A stretch of 64,000 nucleotides of DNA from an uncultured bacterium (GTDB lineage: Bacteria; Zixibacteria; MSB-5A5; UBA10806). The position numbers were made by a program, and so were the translations under genes. Location: positions 64,001-128,000 of the forward strand of contig CBEUCH010000007.1 in the NCBI GenBank assembly GCA_965541585.1. The letters run 5' to 3'. Each line of letters starts with the position of its first letter. The first letter of the stretch is position 1. The notes under the pieces are model-generated. The model searched no databases. It had not been told where the DNA came from and saw nothing but the letters and a program-made list of their open reading frames with translations. Below, in pieces: positions 1 to 9,647 of the stretch.

Positions 1-16
1 GGTAAAATAGCTTCTG

Positions 17-43
17 GCCCGGCCTTTCAGGTCGGGTTTTTTT
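17..43 (+). terminator. Intrinsic terminator-like hairpin directly before ltaE
   Basis: Stem GCCCGGCCT/AGGTCGGGT (with G-U pairs), 3-nt loop, T run to 43; ATG follows at 44. Confidence 0.6.
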
Positions 44-1093
44 ATGAGGGTTATAGATCTCAGGTCGGATACTGTTACCAGGCCGTCTCCCGCTATGCGT
101 CGGGCTATAGCGGAGGCAGAGGTCGGTGATGACGTTTTCGGTGACGATCCAACCGTTCAGCATCTCGAGGAGAAGACGGCAGCGCTTCTGGGGCATGAGG
201 CGGCTCTATATGTGCCATCGGGTACCATGGCCAATCAGGTGTCGTTACGAATGCTTACCAGCCCCGGAGATGAAGTTCTCTGCGAGGTTGGCTCACATGT
301 GGTAAACTACGAGGTCGCCGCCGCATCCGCCCTCTCAGGAATCCAGTTGTCTCCAATCGAGGCTCCCGATGGAATATTGACCCCGGAGCTGTTGGGGCCC
401 AGAATCCGCCCCGAGAATATTCATCATCCTAATACAGCTCTTATTGCCTTGGAAAATACGCACAACCGCGCCGGCGGTAAGGTCTACCCGATGGAAATAA
501 TCCCGGAAATAAGGGCTCTTGCCGACGAGCACAATCTCAAGTTCTATCTCGATGGCGCCCGGCTATGGAATGCGGCCTCTTATCATAAGGTTAAACCGTC
601 GGTGATAGCCTCTCAATTCGATGCTGTATCCGTCTGTTTCTCCAAAGGACTGGGCGCGCCTGTCGGATCTGCGGTAGTGTCATCGAAGGAGATGATCGCC
701 GGAGCACGGCGAATCAGGAAGATGTTCGGCGGCGGGATGAGGCAGGTGGGCATCATTGCCGCCGGTGCGCTGTACGCCATTGAGCATAACCTGGATAGAA
801 TTGCCGATGATCACGTTCGGGCGAGGAAACTGGCATCCAATCTGCAACGATCGCCTCATCTCGATATAAATCCTGACAATGTTCAGACAAATATCGTTAT
901 AATTGGTTTGAAACAGCCGCTATCGCAGGACTCTTTCTGCGGGAGGCTTAAGTCGGAGGGTGTTCTTCTCGTGCCTTTTGGCCATGCGAGGGTCCGCGCC
1001 GTGGCACACCTGGATGTAAATGACGAAGATATTGAACAGGCGTCGGAAATAATTATTGAAACCGCCAGATCTATTTCAAAGAGCTCCTCTTAA
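44..1093 (+). CDS. ltaE: Low-specificity L-threonine aldolase (PLP)
   Basis: DLRSDTVT N-terminus, [28 protein letters not shown] (PLP lysine), GGGMRQ. Confidence 0.9.
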   Translation: MRVIDLRSDTVTRPSPAMRRAIAEAEVGDDVFGDDPTVQHLEEKTAALLGHEAALYVPSGTMANQVSLRMLTSPGDEVLCEVGSHVVNYEVAAASALSGIQLSPIEAPDGILTPELLGPRIRPENIHHPNTALIALENTHNRAGGKVYPMEIIPEIRALADEHNLKFYLDGARLWNAASYHKVKPSVIASQFDAVSVCFSKGLGAPVGSAVVSSKEMIAGARRIRKMFGGGMRQVGIIAAGALYAIEHNLDRIADDHVRARKLASNLQRSPHLDINPDNVQTNIVIIGLKQPLSQDSFCGRLKSEGVLLVPFGHARVRAVAHLDVNDEDIEQASEIIIETARSISKSSS

Positions 1094-1135
1094 TCGTCAT
1101 TCTTTTTTCGCCGATATTATTTAGAAGGGGAATAT

Positions 1136-2626
1136 ATGCTGAGATTTTTTGGAAAAGGTATCGGTTCAGGCGTTTCAATATTTGCATCCGTGGCCCTCTG
1201 GGCAGTATCCATGATCCTGGTTTTCGACGAAAATTACGCCACATCAGGGTCGGCCGATCTCAGCGACATTTCCATTGGTAAATCCGGAGTAGACGAATTT
1301 CAGACCTGGATGAACATTACCATGGGATCAGATAAAATCGGATACAGCATGCAATCATTAACCGACTCACCTCTCGGGTATATTCTAAAAGACTATTCCC
1401 TGATAAAACTTCCTATGGGTGGAACCGTAAGAGAGGTATATCTCGATTCCTACTCCGTTCTAAAGCTCGACTACTCGCTTAAGAATTTTACGTTCGGACT
1501 GGTGTCTGGCGATTACACCACAGATATTTTCGGAGAGGTGAGAGACGACAAACTGATAGTCAGGATACGTTCCAGGAACAGCGAATCTGTAGCATCTTTC
1601 GATGCCGGCAAGGGCATATACCTGCCTGCCGTGGTGCCGCTTCTCGCCCGGGCCCGTGGGTTTCCCGAGGGTGAATTCAGCCTTCCGACTTTCGATCCTT
1701 TCTCGCTTATAACCGATGATCTGGATATTCTTATCGGGCAGGCAGAGAATGTCAAAACAGAACTTGGCGACGGCCGGGGATACAGGATAACAGTGGGATT
1801 TTCGGGCGTCACGAGCTTCATGTGGGTTGATGATGAAGGTCGCGTTCTCAGACAGGAGGAGACCGGCGGCATGGCGATGGTACTGACGGATAAAGAGCAT
1901 GCCCTGGATATGCCTACAGTTTCCGGAACCGGCAAAGATCTGCTGGATGAGCTGGCCGTACCCTGTAACGGGATCATACCGGACCCCCGGCATTTGAAAT
2001 ATCTCAAGGTTGAGATTGAGGGAATCGAGCCGGAGTTTTTCGACCTGGAGGATGATTTTCAGACCGTCGTCTCCCGCGACCCCCTGGTATTGGAGATTCA
2101 TCCCCAGCGATTAAATCCCTCCGTGCTGGAGGATTCAGCGAACTTCTTGTCGCCACAACTCTTTTTGCAGGTTGATGACCCGAGAATTGTCACGGCCGCG
2201 GAGAAAATAGTCGGGGATGTCAACGATCCATCCGAAAAGGCCGACCTTGTGGGTCGATGGGTATATGAGAACGTTGTTAAGGATTTGACTGTCTCGATGC
2301 CATCGGCTGTGGATGTCCTCGAAGTCAGAAAAGGAGATTGCAACGAGCATACGTCGCTATACACCGCCCTGGCCAGGGCCATCGGGCTACCAACAAAAGT
2401 CTGCATCGGGATCGTATATAAAGACGGCTATTTTTACTACCATGCCTGGCCGGCAGTCTTTCTGGGAAGCTGGCTCCCCATAGATCCCACCTTCGGACAA
2501 AAGGTTGCCGATGCCGCCCATATAAAGTTGCTTGAGGGAGGTTTCGAAAGGCAAACCGATCTTATGAGGGTTGTAGGCAAAATTTCTGTTACGGTCCTGG
2601 ATTTTTCCGGCGGAGAACCGCTATAA
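1136..2626 (+). CDS. Membrane-anchored transglutaminase-like domain protein
   Basis: N-terminal hydrophobic segment; C-terminal GDCNEH...YYHAW...IDPT Cys-His-Asp triad. Confidence 0.8.
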   Translation: MLRFFGKGIGSGVSIFASVALWAVSMILVFDENYATSGSADLSDISIGKSGVDEFQTWMNITMGSDKIGYSMQSLTDSPLGYILKDYSLIKLPMGGTVREVYLDSYSVLKLDYSLKNFTFGLVSGDYTTDIFGEVRDDKLIVRIRSRNSESVASFDAGKGIYLPAVVPLLARARGFPEGEFSLPTFDPFSLITDDLDILIGQAENVKTELGDGRGYRITVGFSGVTSFMWVDDEGRVLRQEETGGMAMVLTDKEHALDMPTVSGTGKDLLDELAVPCNGIIPDPRHLKYLKVEIEGIEPEFFDLEDDFQTVVSRDPLVLEIHPQRLNPSVLEDSANFLSPQLFLQVDDPRIVTAAEKIVGDVNDPSEKADLVGRWVYENVVKDLTVSMPSAVDVLEVRKGDCNEHTSLYTALARAIGLPTKVCIGIVYKDGYFYYHAWPAVFLGSWLPIDPTFGQKVADAAHIKLLEGGFERQTDLMRVVGKISVTVLDFSGGEPL

Positions 2627-2632
2627 AGAGAT

Positions 2633-3394
2633 ATGATCGATATTTTAAAAGTCACCAAGAGATTTGGCAATAAGACTGCGGTCGACGATTTATCTCTTCA
2701 TGTAAAAGCAGGTGAGTGTTTCGGCTTTCTGGGACCTAATGGGGCCGGCAAGACCACTACCATAAAGCTGATGACAGGTCTTCTAAGGCCGGAGAGCGGT
2801 ACAATCAGGATATGCGGAACCGATATCATCAAGGATCCGGAATCGGCCAAAATGAAGACCGGCTATGTCCCCGACTCTCCCTACGTTTATGAGAAACTCA
2901 CCGCCCGGGAGTATCTTGAGTTTACGGGGGGGCTTTATGATATGTCCCCGGAGAGGATCAAGTCGCAGACGGAATGGCTGTTTGACCTTTTCGGGATGGA
3001 TGGCTGGGCCGATCATAGATGCGAAGAATATTCGCATGGTATGCGACAGAAGGTGGTCTTCTGCTCGGCGTTTCTTCACAATCCCGAGGTGCTGATAGTC
3101 GATGAGCCCATGGTTGGCCTGGACCCGCAGTCTATGAGACTGGTTAAAGATCTTCTGAAGCTTTATTTATCCAAAGGGACTGCCATTTTCATGTCCACCC
3201 ATACATTAACCGTAGCCGAAGAGATGTGCGATAGAATAGGGATTGTCCGCGACGGCAGGCTAATAGGATTGGGAACACTTGATGAACTCGGGTCTATGGC
3301 GGCCGCCGAAGGCGAGAATCTGGAGAGCCTGTTCTTGAAGATGACCGGCGGTTCCAGACAGGCGAATCTTGCCGCCGGAGCCGATCTTGAATAA
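2633..3394 (+). CDS. ABC transporter ATP-binding protein (ABC-2 type)
   Basis: Walker A GPNGAGKTT, signature YSHGMRQK, Walker B LIVDEP, H-loop STH. Confidence 0.92.
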   Translation: MIDILKVTKRFGNKTAVDDLSLHVKAGECFGFLGPNGAGKTTTIKLMTGLLRPESGTIRICGTDIIKDPESAKMKTGYVPDSPYVYEKLTAREYLEFTGGLYDMSPERIKSQTEWLFDLFGMDGWADHRCEEYSHGMRQKVVFCSAFLHNPEVLIVDEPMVGLDPQSMRLVKDLLKLYLSKGTAIFMSTHTLTVAEEMCDRIGIVRDGRLIGLGTLDELGSMAAAEGENLESLFLKMTGGSRQANLAAGADLE

Positions 3395-5084
3395 GAGTAT
3401 TCATATAATGCATTATAAAACGGTCTCCGCCAGATCGTTTCTGCGTCATCTCGATTTTGAGACTGTAATGAAAATCCTGGTGGGGTTGTTCGTTGTCTCG
3501 TGCTTTTTTACAGGGGGTCTGTTCTTCTTTTATAGAATCTTTAGCTACCTCGGCGGTCTTCGAGACATAGGATTTCTCTTGATGAACAAGCTGGTCTCAT
3601 TGGGATTCCTGGCAATATTCATGATGCTTGTTATCTCCAATATTGTAACATCGATTTCCACGTTGTACCGTTCGCGGGAAACCGCATTTCTGTTGTCGAC
3701 GCCGACAGCGTATCAGAAGGTTTTCACGGTGAAGTTTATAGATAATATATTCTTCTCTACCTGGGCGGTGTTGCTCCTGGGGCTGCCCTTGATTCTGGCT
3801 TATGGAATGGTTCGAGAATTCGTGCTCTGGGAGTATCTATTCGAGATATTCTGTGTATTAATTCCATTCGTGATCATACCGGCCTGTTTAGGCGTCTCGC
3901 TTTCGCTGCTGATGTTTCTGGCCTCGAAATACCTGAGCCCGCGCCATATGACAATTATGTTGGGTTCTCTGATCGTTGTCGGAATAGTCGTATATTTTAA
4001 GATAGGGCAGCCGTCATCACTGGCATTCAACGTTATCTCTGACTGGAGAGTATTGAACCGTTACCTCAGCTCTATGGGAGCGACTTCTTTTGCCTTTTTA
4101 CCCAGCTTCTGGGTATCGGAGACATTGAGAACCATCGCCTCCGGAAGCAGGCATTCACTTCTCGTCTATATGCTGGCATTGATCTCGACGACCCTTTTGT
4201 TTTTGAATGCCACTTTTAAGTTTGCCGGTAAATATTATTACGAAAGCTGGCTTGCATCTGCGGGGCATACCGGCAAACATTCCGACGTGAAACAAGTAAC
4301 AAAACGTGTGTCCAGGTTTTTCCGCCTCCCGAACTGGCTGCCGTCTGATTTTAAAGCCGTCCTCTCTAAGGATCTGAAGTTGTTTGTCCGCGAGCCGGCT
4401 CAATGGGCTCAATTTACAGTCCTGCTGGTCCTGCTGGTTATTTATCTGGTAAATCTTAAATATTTTCCTACCGATGTCGAGGATTCCTACTGGAAAACGT
4501 TAATAGGATTTGGCAATTTCGCTTTTTCGGGTTTCATCCTGGCCACCCTTTCGGTCCGATTCGTTTTCCCCAATATAAGCCTCGAGGGGAAATCGTTCTG
4601 GGCCATAACATCGTCGCCCATGCGTCTGAGGAGAGTTTTCTGGGTGAAGTTCTGGGCCGCCTTTTCGATATTTCTCCTGATCTCGGAAGTGCTGGCATTC
4701 GCTTCCAATCTCATGCTCGGTTTGCGCGGAATGCTCATGGCGCTGACGTTTTTCTCCGTACTGCTTATGTCCGTATCATTAACCAGTCTATCAGTCGGCC
4801 TGGGTGCGATTTTCCCCAGATTCGAGGAGCGGAACCCGGGGAAGATTGCCTCTTCCATGGGAGGCATGCTGGCCACTATCATAAGCCTGGCATATGTGGG
4901 CGTGATGGTTGTTTTCGCGGCGCTTCCGGTAAGCAAATACACTTTGCATAAAATGAATCCCGTTATACCTTTTCCCACGTTTGAGGTAACGCTCTCGGTT
5001 GTGCTGATATTGATTTTAAATTTGACAGCCATCACCGTGCCGCTTAAATTAGGGCTTTCGTCCATGAGAAAGCGGGACTATTAG
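3387..5084 (+). CDS. Putative ABC-2 exporter permease
   Basis: Many TM helices, ISLEGKSFW motif, overlaps ATPase; start uncertain (TTG 3387 after GGAG, or ATG 3408). Confidence 0.75.
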   Translation: MNKSIHIMHYKTVSARSFLRHLDFETVMKILVGLFVVSCFFTGGLFFFYRIFSYLGGLRDIGFLLMNKLVSLGFLAIFMMLVISNIVTSISTLYRSRETAFLLSTPTAYQKVFTVKFIDNIFFSTWAVLLLGLPLILAYGMVREFVLWEYLFEIFCVLIPFVIIPACLGVSLSLLMFLASKYLSPRHMTIMLGSLIVVGIVVYFKIGQPSSLAFNVISDWRVLNRYLSSMGATSFAFLPSFWVSETLRTIASGSRHSLLVYMLALISTTLLFLNATFKFAGKYYYESWLASAGHTGKHSDVKQVTKRVSRFFRLPNWLPSDFKAVLSKDLKLFVREPAQWAQFTVLLVLLVIYLVNLKYFPTDVEDSYWKTLIGFGNFAFSGFILATLSVRFVFPNISLEGKSFWAITSSPMRLRRVFWVKFWAAFSIFLLISEVLAFASNLMLGLRGMLMALTFFSVLLMSVSLTSLSVGLGAIFPRFEERNPGKIASSMGGMLATIISLAYVGVMVVFAALPVSKYTLHKMNPVIPFPTFEVTLSVVLILILNLTAITVPLKLGLSSMRKRDY

Positions 5085-5106
5085 AGGAAGTCCCCGGGAG
5101 AATGGA

Positions 5107-6030
5107 ATGAAGATTCTGGTTACGGGGGGCGCGGGTTTTATAGGCTCTAATCTTGCCTCGGCCCTGGTTGACGCCGATCATAATGTGGTTATTATCGATG
5201 ATCTTTCCACAGGTAAACCCGAAAACGTACCGCCGAAAGCCGGGTTTCATGAAATGGATATATCCTCTCCTGTTGTGGATAAGATTTTTGAGAGGGAGAA
5301 ATTCGATGTCGTCTTTCATCTGGCCGCGCAGATGGATGTTCGAAGATCGGTGGAAAATCCCGGGAATGATGCCGAGATCAATATCCTGGGAGGGATAAAC
5401 CTTCTTCAATCGTCGGTGAGGCACGAGATCAAAAAGTTCATATTCTCCTCCACGGGCGGCGCTATATATGGAGAGCAGGATTACTTTCCCGCCGATGAGA
5501 AGCACCCCCTAAATCCCGTCAGCCCTTACGGTATTTCAAAGCTGGCTTTCGAGAAATACCTTTATTTTTACAACATCCAGCATGGATTACCCTATGTGGC
5601 CCTGCGGTACGCCAACGTTTACGGCCCCAGGCAGAACAGCCACGGCGAAGCCGGGGTTGTGGCTATATTTTGCGAAAGGCTCTTAAGAGGTAATAAAGCA
5701 GTCGTTTATGGCGACGGTCTCCAGACACGGGATTTTGTCTACGTCGCAGATGTGGTCAAGGCAAATCTTTTGGCGTTGGATTACGACCGATCCGATCTGT
5801 TCAACGTCGGCGCGGGAACCGAGATCGATATAAATACCATATTCGAGAAAATCAAGGCCGCCACCGGCTCAGATCAGGAGAGGATCAATGAGGCGGCCAT
5901 GCCGGGCGAGCAGAGACGAAGCTGTATCGCCTATGAGAAGATCGACGGGCAAATGGGATGGTCGCCGGGCGTCGGGCTCGATGACGGCATCGAAAAAACG
6001 GTTGCCTTCTTCAGATCGAAGCTCAAGTGA
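5107..6030 (+). CDS. NAD-dependent epimerase/dehydratase (UDP-glucose 4-epimerase-like)
   Basis: TGGAGFIG, YGISK, LRYANVYGPRQ. Confidence 0.88.
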   Translation: MKILVTGGAGFIGSNLASALVDADHNVVIIDDLSTGKPENVPPKAGFHEMDISSPVVDKIFEREKFDVVFHLAAQMDVRRSVENPGNDAEINILGGINLLQSSVRHEIKKFIFSSTGGAIYGEQDYFPADEKHPLNPVSPYGISKLAFEKYLYFYNIQHGLPYVALRYANVYGPRQNSHGEAGVVAIFCERLLRGNKAVVYGDGLQTRDFVYVADVVKANLLALDYDRSDLFNVGAGTEIDINTIFEKIKAATGSDQERINEAAMPGEQRRSCIAYEKIDGQMGWSPGVGLDDGIEKTVAFFRSKLK

Positions 6031-6079
6031 AGTTGCGAGTAGTATGGTTGGTTCCCGATGCCTTTAGCATTCTATAAAT

Positions 6080-6973
6080 TCAATTGTATTTTCCGATTTT
6101 AATTACTGGGTGTGGCGTCTCAGGGATTATAAGACTATCGCTAAAGAACATGATTTCTTTGCCTGAGTAGCGCGCCTGTGCACTATAACTTAAGCGATAA
6201 CAGAGTTCGCGCCTGTCCTTGTATAAAGAAGTTACTTCCGGAACGGCATCATACGAAACGATCCATGGCTGGCAAATCTGTTGTTGAATCGTTAGCGCCA
6301 AATTTCCATGATCACTATGCGTGAAATGGTTCTGATATAATTCTTTACCTTTAGCATAATATGGTGGGTCCATATAAATTAGAGTTTTCAGCGGTAGCTT
6401 GGGTAAAACCTTCCTTATGAAATCCCTACCGTCCATACAATATACGGAAATGCGGCTTTTGAATCGTGCAATGCGTTGAATTCTTTTTATTAAGTCCCTT
6501 TTATTAAATCTTGCATCAAGTTTCCACTTCCCAGCCTGGCCTTTGCCGCCAATCACACCTCCAGATATTATGCCTGATCTATTTGTACGATTAAGAAAAA
6601 ATGTACTGAACCCAAGTTCAAGGGCAGTGTGCCCATTTGGATTGTTTTGAATAGCTTTTTGTCTATGCCACTGTGCAATAGTGACTTTAGTATCTTGGAT
6701 AAGGCGGCATAGATGGTCAGTATTCTCTAATAAGGAAACCCAGAAGCTATATATGGATCTATCAAGGTCGTTGATATGAATTTGCCGAACATATTCTCCA
6801 AAAAGCATTGACCATGCTATACTAGCTCCGCCTGCAAAGGCCTCAACATAATGACCATCGTGCAAATCGTTTTCAGAAATGACAGTTTTTATAAACTTTA
6901 CTAAGGCGCCCTTTCCTCCGGGGTAGCGCAAAGGACTCGTAAATGGATGGTTTTGAGCTTTTGGTATGTCCAT
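6080..6973 (-). CDS. DNA adenine methyltransferase (Dam/D12 class)
   Basis: SPLRYPGGK, EAFAGG SAM-binding motif, catalytic DPPY; AT-rich. Confidence 0.88.
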   Translation of the reverse strand: MDIPKAQNHPFTSPLRYPGGKGALVKFIKTVISENDLHDGHYVEAFAGGASIAWSMLFGEYVRQIHINDLDRSIYSFWVSLLENTDHLCRLIQDTKVTIAQWHRQKAIQNNPNGHTALELGFSTFFLNRTNRSGIISGGVIGGKGQAGKWKLDARFNKRDLIKRIQRIARFKSRISVYCMDGRDFIRKVLPKLPLKTLIYMDPPYYAKGKELYQNHFTHSDHGNLALTIQQQICQPWIVSYDAVPEVTSLYKDRRELCYRLSYSAQARYSGKEIMFFSDSLIIPETPHPVIKIGKYN

Positions 6974-6977
6974 CCGA

Positions 6978-8342
6978 TTAGGCCCATACCTTCTGGAAAA
7001 AGGGCTGGATGTTATCCCATATCCTTATTAGGTCGCTAGCGATCGGATTATAGTGCTGATTATGGACATATTCCTGCCAATTGCTAATCGAAAAAATAGT
7101 ATCTCTAGAGCTAACTAGAGTGCGAATGCCGTGGAGTTCTCTTTTGGAAGAAGCATCTTTATCTACTAAATAATCAACAATACGTGCTACCTTCTTTTTA
7201 AGTGGCAAATCTCTTTGGGTTTTCTTGCCGTCCTTGTCCGTTCGTACCTCTCTTAGGCTTATCCTTTTTATTCTTGCGAATTCATTTACACTCATTTCCA
7301 TAAATACGCGAAGAAGCACGGCAGATGAGTTTTCGAAGTCGTTTACCTTGAGCCGCTTAAGCTCGTCAAAGATTCTAGTCATTCTTGGCTGGGCAATATT
7401 CAGTCTCAATGATTTTGGAATAAGCGTTTTACGGCTTGCACCATTTCCCTTTTTCTTTTTTGTCCGCTCCTTTGCAGGCGTCACTTGCCCGGTTAGGTCT
7501 GTTGGGGCGATCTTCTTTCCTGGGGTCGGTAAATCTCTCGCCGCTACGGCAGTTGCATAACCTACACGTTGATCCTTAGTGTCGAGTTGAGTGACTTTAA
7601 TATGCTTGTTTGCTATATCGTTAACTACAATTGCCATTCGACCTACTGCATCGGTTTTTTCATCCGGATTGAGGAAAATAAGTTGCTTATTAATTATGTC
7701 CATTCCAATTATATGCCTCGCATCCGGAGTATTAATTAATCTTTGCAGGTTTGTAATAGGAATTCTGGCCAGTTTGTCGCGAGTTTCATCATCTAAAAAA
7801 TCACTATCTTTCACAATTTCAAGTAGCTGAGACTCCGGGGATTCTCCCCGGAATCGCGATGCGGCTATACCGTTCCAACTAATTATTCCAACACCGGCAT
7901 TCTCTCCTGTATGGCGAAGCTCAATCCACATTCTCGCCTTTTTACGGCTGGGTGCTACTGTACAATGAAGATTTACCGGGAGACTTGAACCATACTCTTG
8001 GTTTAGCGATTTTAGACGTCTTGCAATACTCGTCGGCAGCTTTAGGGAATCTACCAGTTTTGGCTCGGAGCATAATTTGATGGCAGCGACCCGCCTATTA
8101 CCCTCTAATACAGTATAATATCCCTTATCACTCGAATTTATAACGATCGGCATTTCTGATGGATTAGTGTCGTTTTGAGCTATGTGCTCCGCTAATTTAA
8201 CGAGCTTTTGTCCTTGTTCGATGGCTATTGTCCTAAGTGCTTCGCGTTGGTTATGTTGGGTTTCGAATCTAGGATTTTTGATGTCAAGTAACAGGTTTAC
8301 CAAGTCGATATCTTCATACTCATACTTCTCTTTAGACATCAA
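6978..8342 (-). CDS. ParB/Srx-like N-domain + HEPN-like C-domain protein, putative defence effector
   Basis: LLLDIKNPRF and VLEGNRR ParB-like motifs; C-terminal AVLLRVFME...EYVHN helical region; 4 bp from the methylase; AT-rich. Confidence 0.6.
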   Translation of the reverse strand: MMSKEKYEYEDIDLVNLLLDIKNPRFETQHNQREALRTIAIEQGQKLVKLAEHIAQNDTNPSEMPIVINSSDKGYYTVLEGNRRVAAIKLCSEPKLVDSLKLPTSIARRLKSLNQEYGSSLPVNLHCTVAPSRKKARMWIELRHTGENAGVGIISWNGIAASRFRGESPESQLLEIVKDSDFLDDETRDKLARIPITNLQRLINTPDARHIIGMDIINKQLIFLNPDEKTDAVGRMAIVVNDIANKHIKVTQLDTKDQRVGYATAVAARDLPTPGKKIAPTDLTGQVTPAKERTKKKKGNGASRKTLIPKSLRLNIAQPRMTRIFDELKRLKVNDFENSSAVLLRVFMEMSVNEFARIKRISLREVRTDKDGKKTQRDLPLKKKVARIVDYLVDKDASSKRELHGIRTLVSSRDTIFSISNWQEYVHNQHYNPIASDLIRIWDNIQPFFQKVWA

Positions 8343-8516
8343 TGAACTCCCTTCATTAATATTTCAAAAATCCAAGTTAGATTTCTATTCGGTTTTAAAC
8401 TCACGTATATAAAATATATTAATCCGTGATGTTTTTGGCAAGATAATATTATGAGAATTTCAGAGCAATCGCTTTCCCTTAAGGTATTGCTACTTATATA
8501 TTAGAGTAACTAGCAT

Positions 8517-9428
8517 TTATACCTTGTCCGCTCCCTTTCCCCCCTTCACCCCAATCGTCAAATCCTCATCCTGCCTTATATATACCGTTTGATGCGGGAA
8601 GGGGATCTCTATCCCCAGCCTGTCGAATTCGTTTTTCACGCGGCGGCGGAATTCTCTGGCCACCTCCCATTGCTTGAGCGGCGCCGTCTTGATGATCATT
8701 TTTATTATAACCGCTGAGTCATCCAGTGAATTGACGCCCAGGATGGTCGGCTTCTCCAGGATGACATTTTTGTATTTCTCATCCTCATGCATTTTCCGGC
8801 CGAGATCCTCCAGTACCTTCATCACCTTATCAACATCCTCTTTGTATGCGACACCGATATCGAGATTGGCGCGCGACCAGCCGTAGGTCATATTGCTGAG
8901 TATCTCGATCACACCGTTGGGAATAGTATGAACTATGCCGTCCAGATCCCGGAGAACTACGGTTCGCAACGTAATCTTCTCCACCAGTCCGGCGGTGCTG
9001 CCGATCCTGACCACGTCCCCGACCCTGATCTGGTTTTCCATTATCAGAAGAAATCCGCTTACCAGGTCCTTGACCAGCGCCTGGGAGCCGAAACCGATGG
9101 CCAATCCCAGGATACCGGCGCCGGCCAGTATCGGCCCTATATCGATCCCGAGTTCCTTTATGATAGTCATGCCACCTATGACTATTATAAGCATCCTGGC
9201 AGCGAAGGTGATAATCTGTACCAGCGTCGCAACCCGGCGCTCTCTTTCGTTTTCGGATGTGGGGTCGTCGTCTGCTGTCACGCGTATTATTCGCTCACCT
9301 ATCTTCTTGGATAACTTTGTGGCGATCCACATTCCGATTAATATGAGTACTATCTTTAAACCGTGAGTCAGCAGCCATCCCACGACAACATCGATTATTC
9401 TCGATGCGTTCTCAGGCAGGATATCCAT
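8517..9428 (-). CDS. Small-conductance mechanosensitive channel (MscS family)
   Basis: GAGILGLAIGFGSQ, VGDVV, IPNG, GIEIPFP. Confidence 0.9.
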   Translation of the reverse strand: MDILPENASRIIDVVVGWLLTHGLKIVLILIGMWIATKLSKKIGERIIRVTADDDPTSENERERRVATLVQIITFAARMLIIVIGGMTIIKELGIDIGPILAGAGILGLAIGFGSQALVKDLVSGFLLIMENQIRVGDVVRIGSTAGLVEKITLRTVVLRDLDGIVHTIPNGVIEILSNMTYGWSRANLDIGVAYKEDVDKVMKVLEDLGRKMHEDEKYKNVILEKPTILGVNSLDDSAVIIKMIIKTAPLKQWEVAREFRRRVKNEFDRLGIEIPFPHQTVYIRQDEDLTIGVKGGKGADKV

Positions 9429-9647
9429 GTCTTTATACCTCCAGGATCATTGGCACATTATCCATATCTCTCTAAGACGTTTTTTGAATAAGGAATCATC
9501 AGTCGAATATCAAGAGATTTATCGAGGCATATCCCGGATCGGCGATGACAATTGCCCCACATGATGATCCGGGGGACGTTTTAGAGTCTCCTGGAGTATT
9601 TGAAAGTCAGGTTTGATTTTCTCTGGCGTTAACGTTATATTGGCGTT

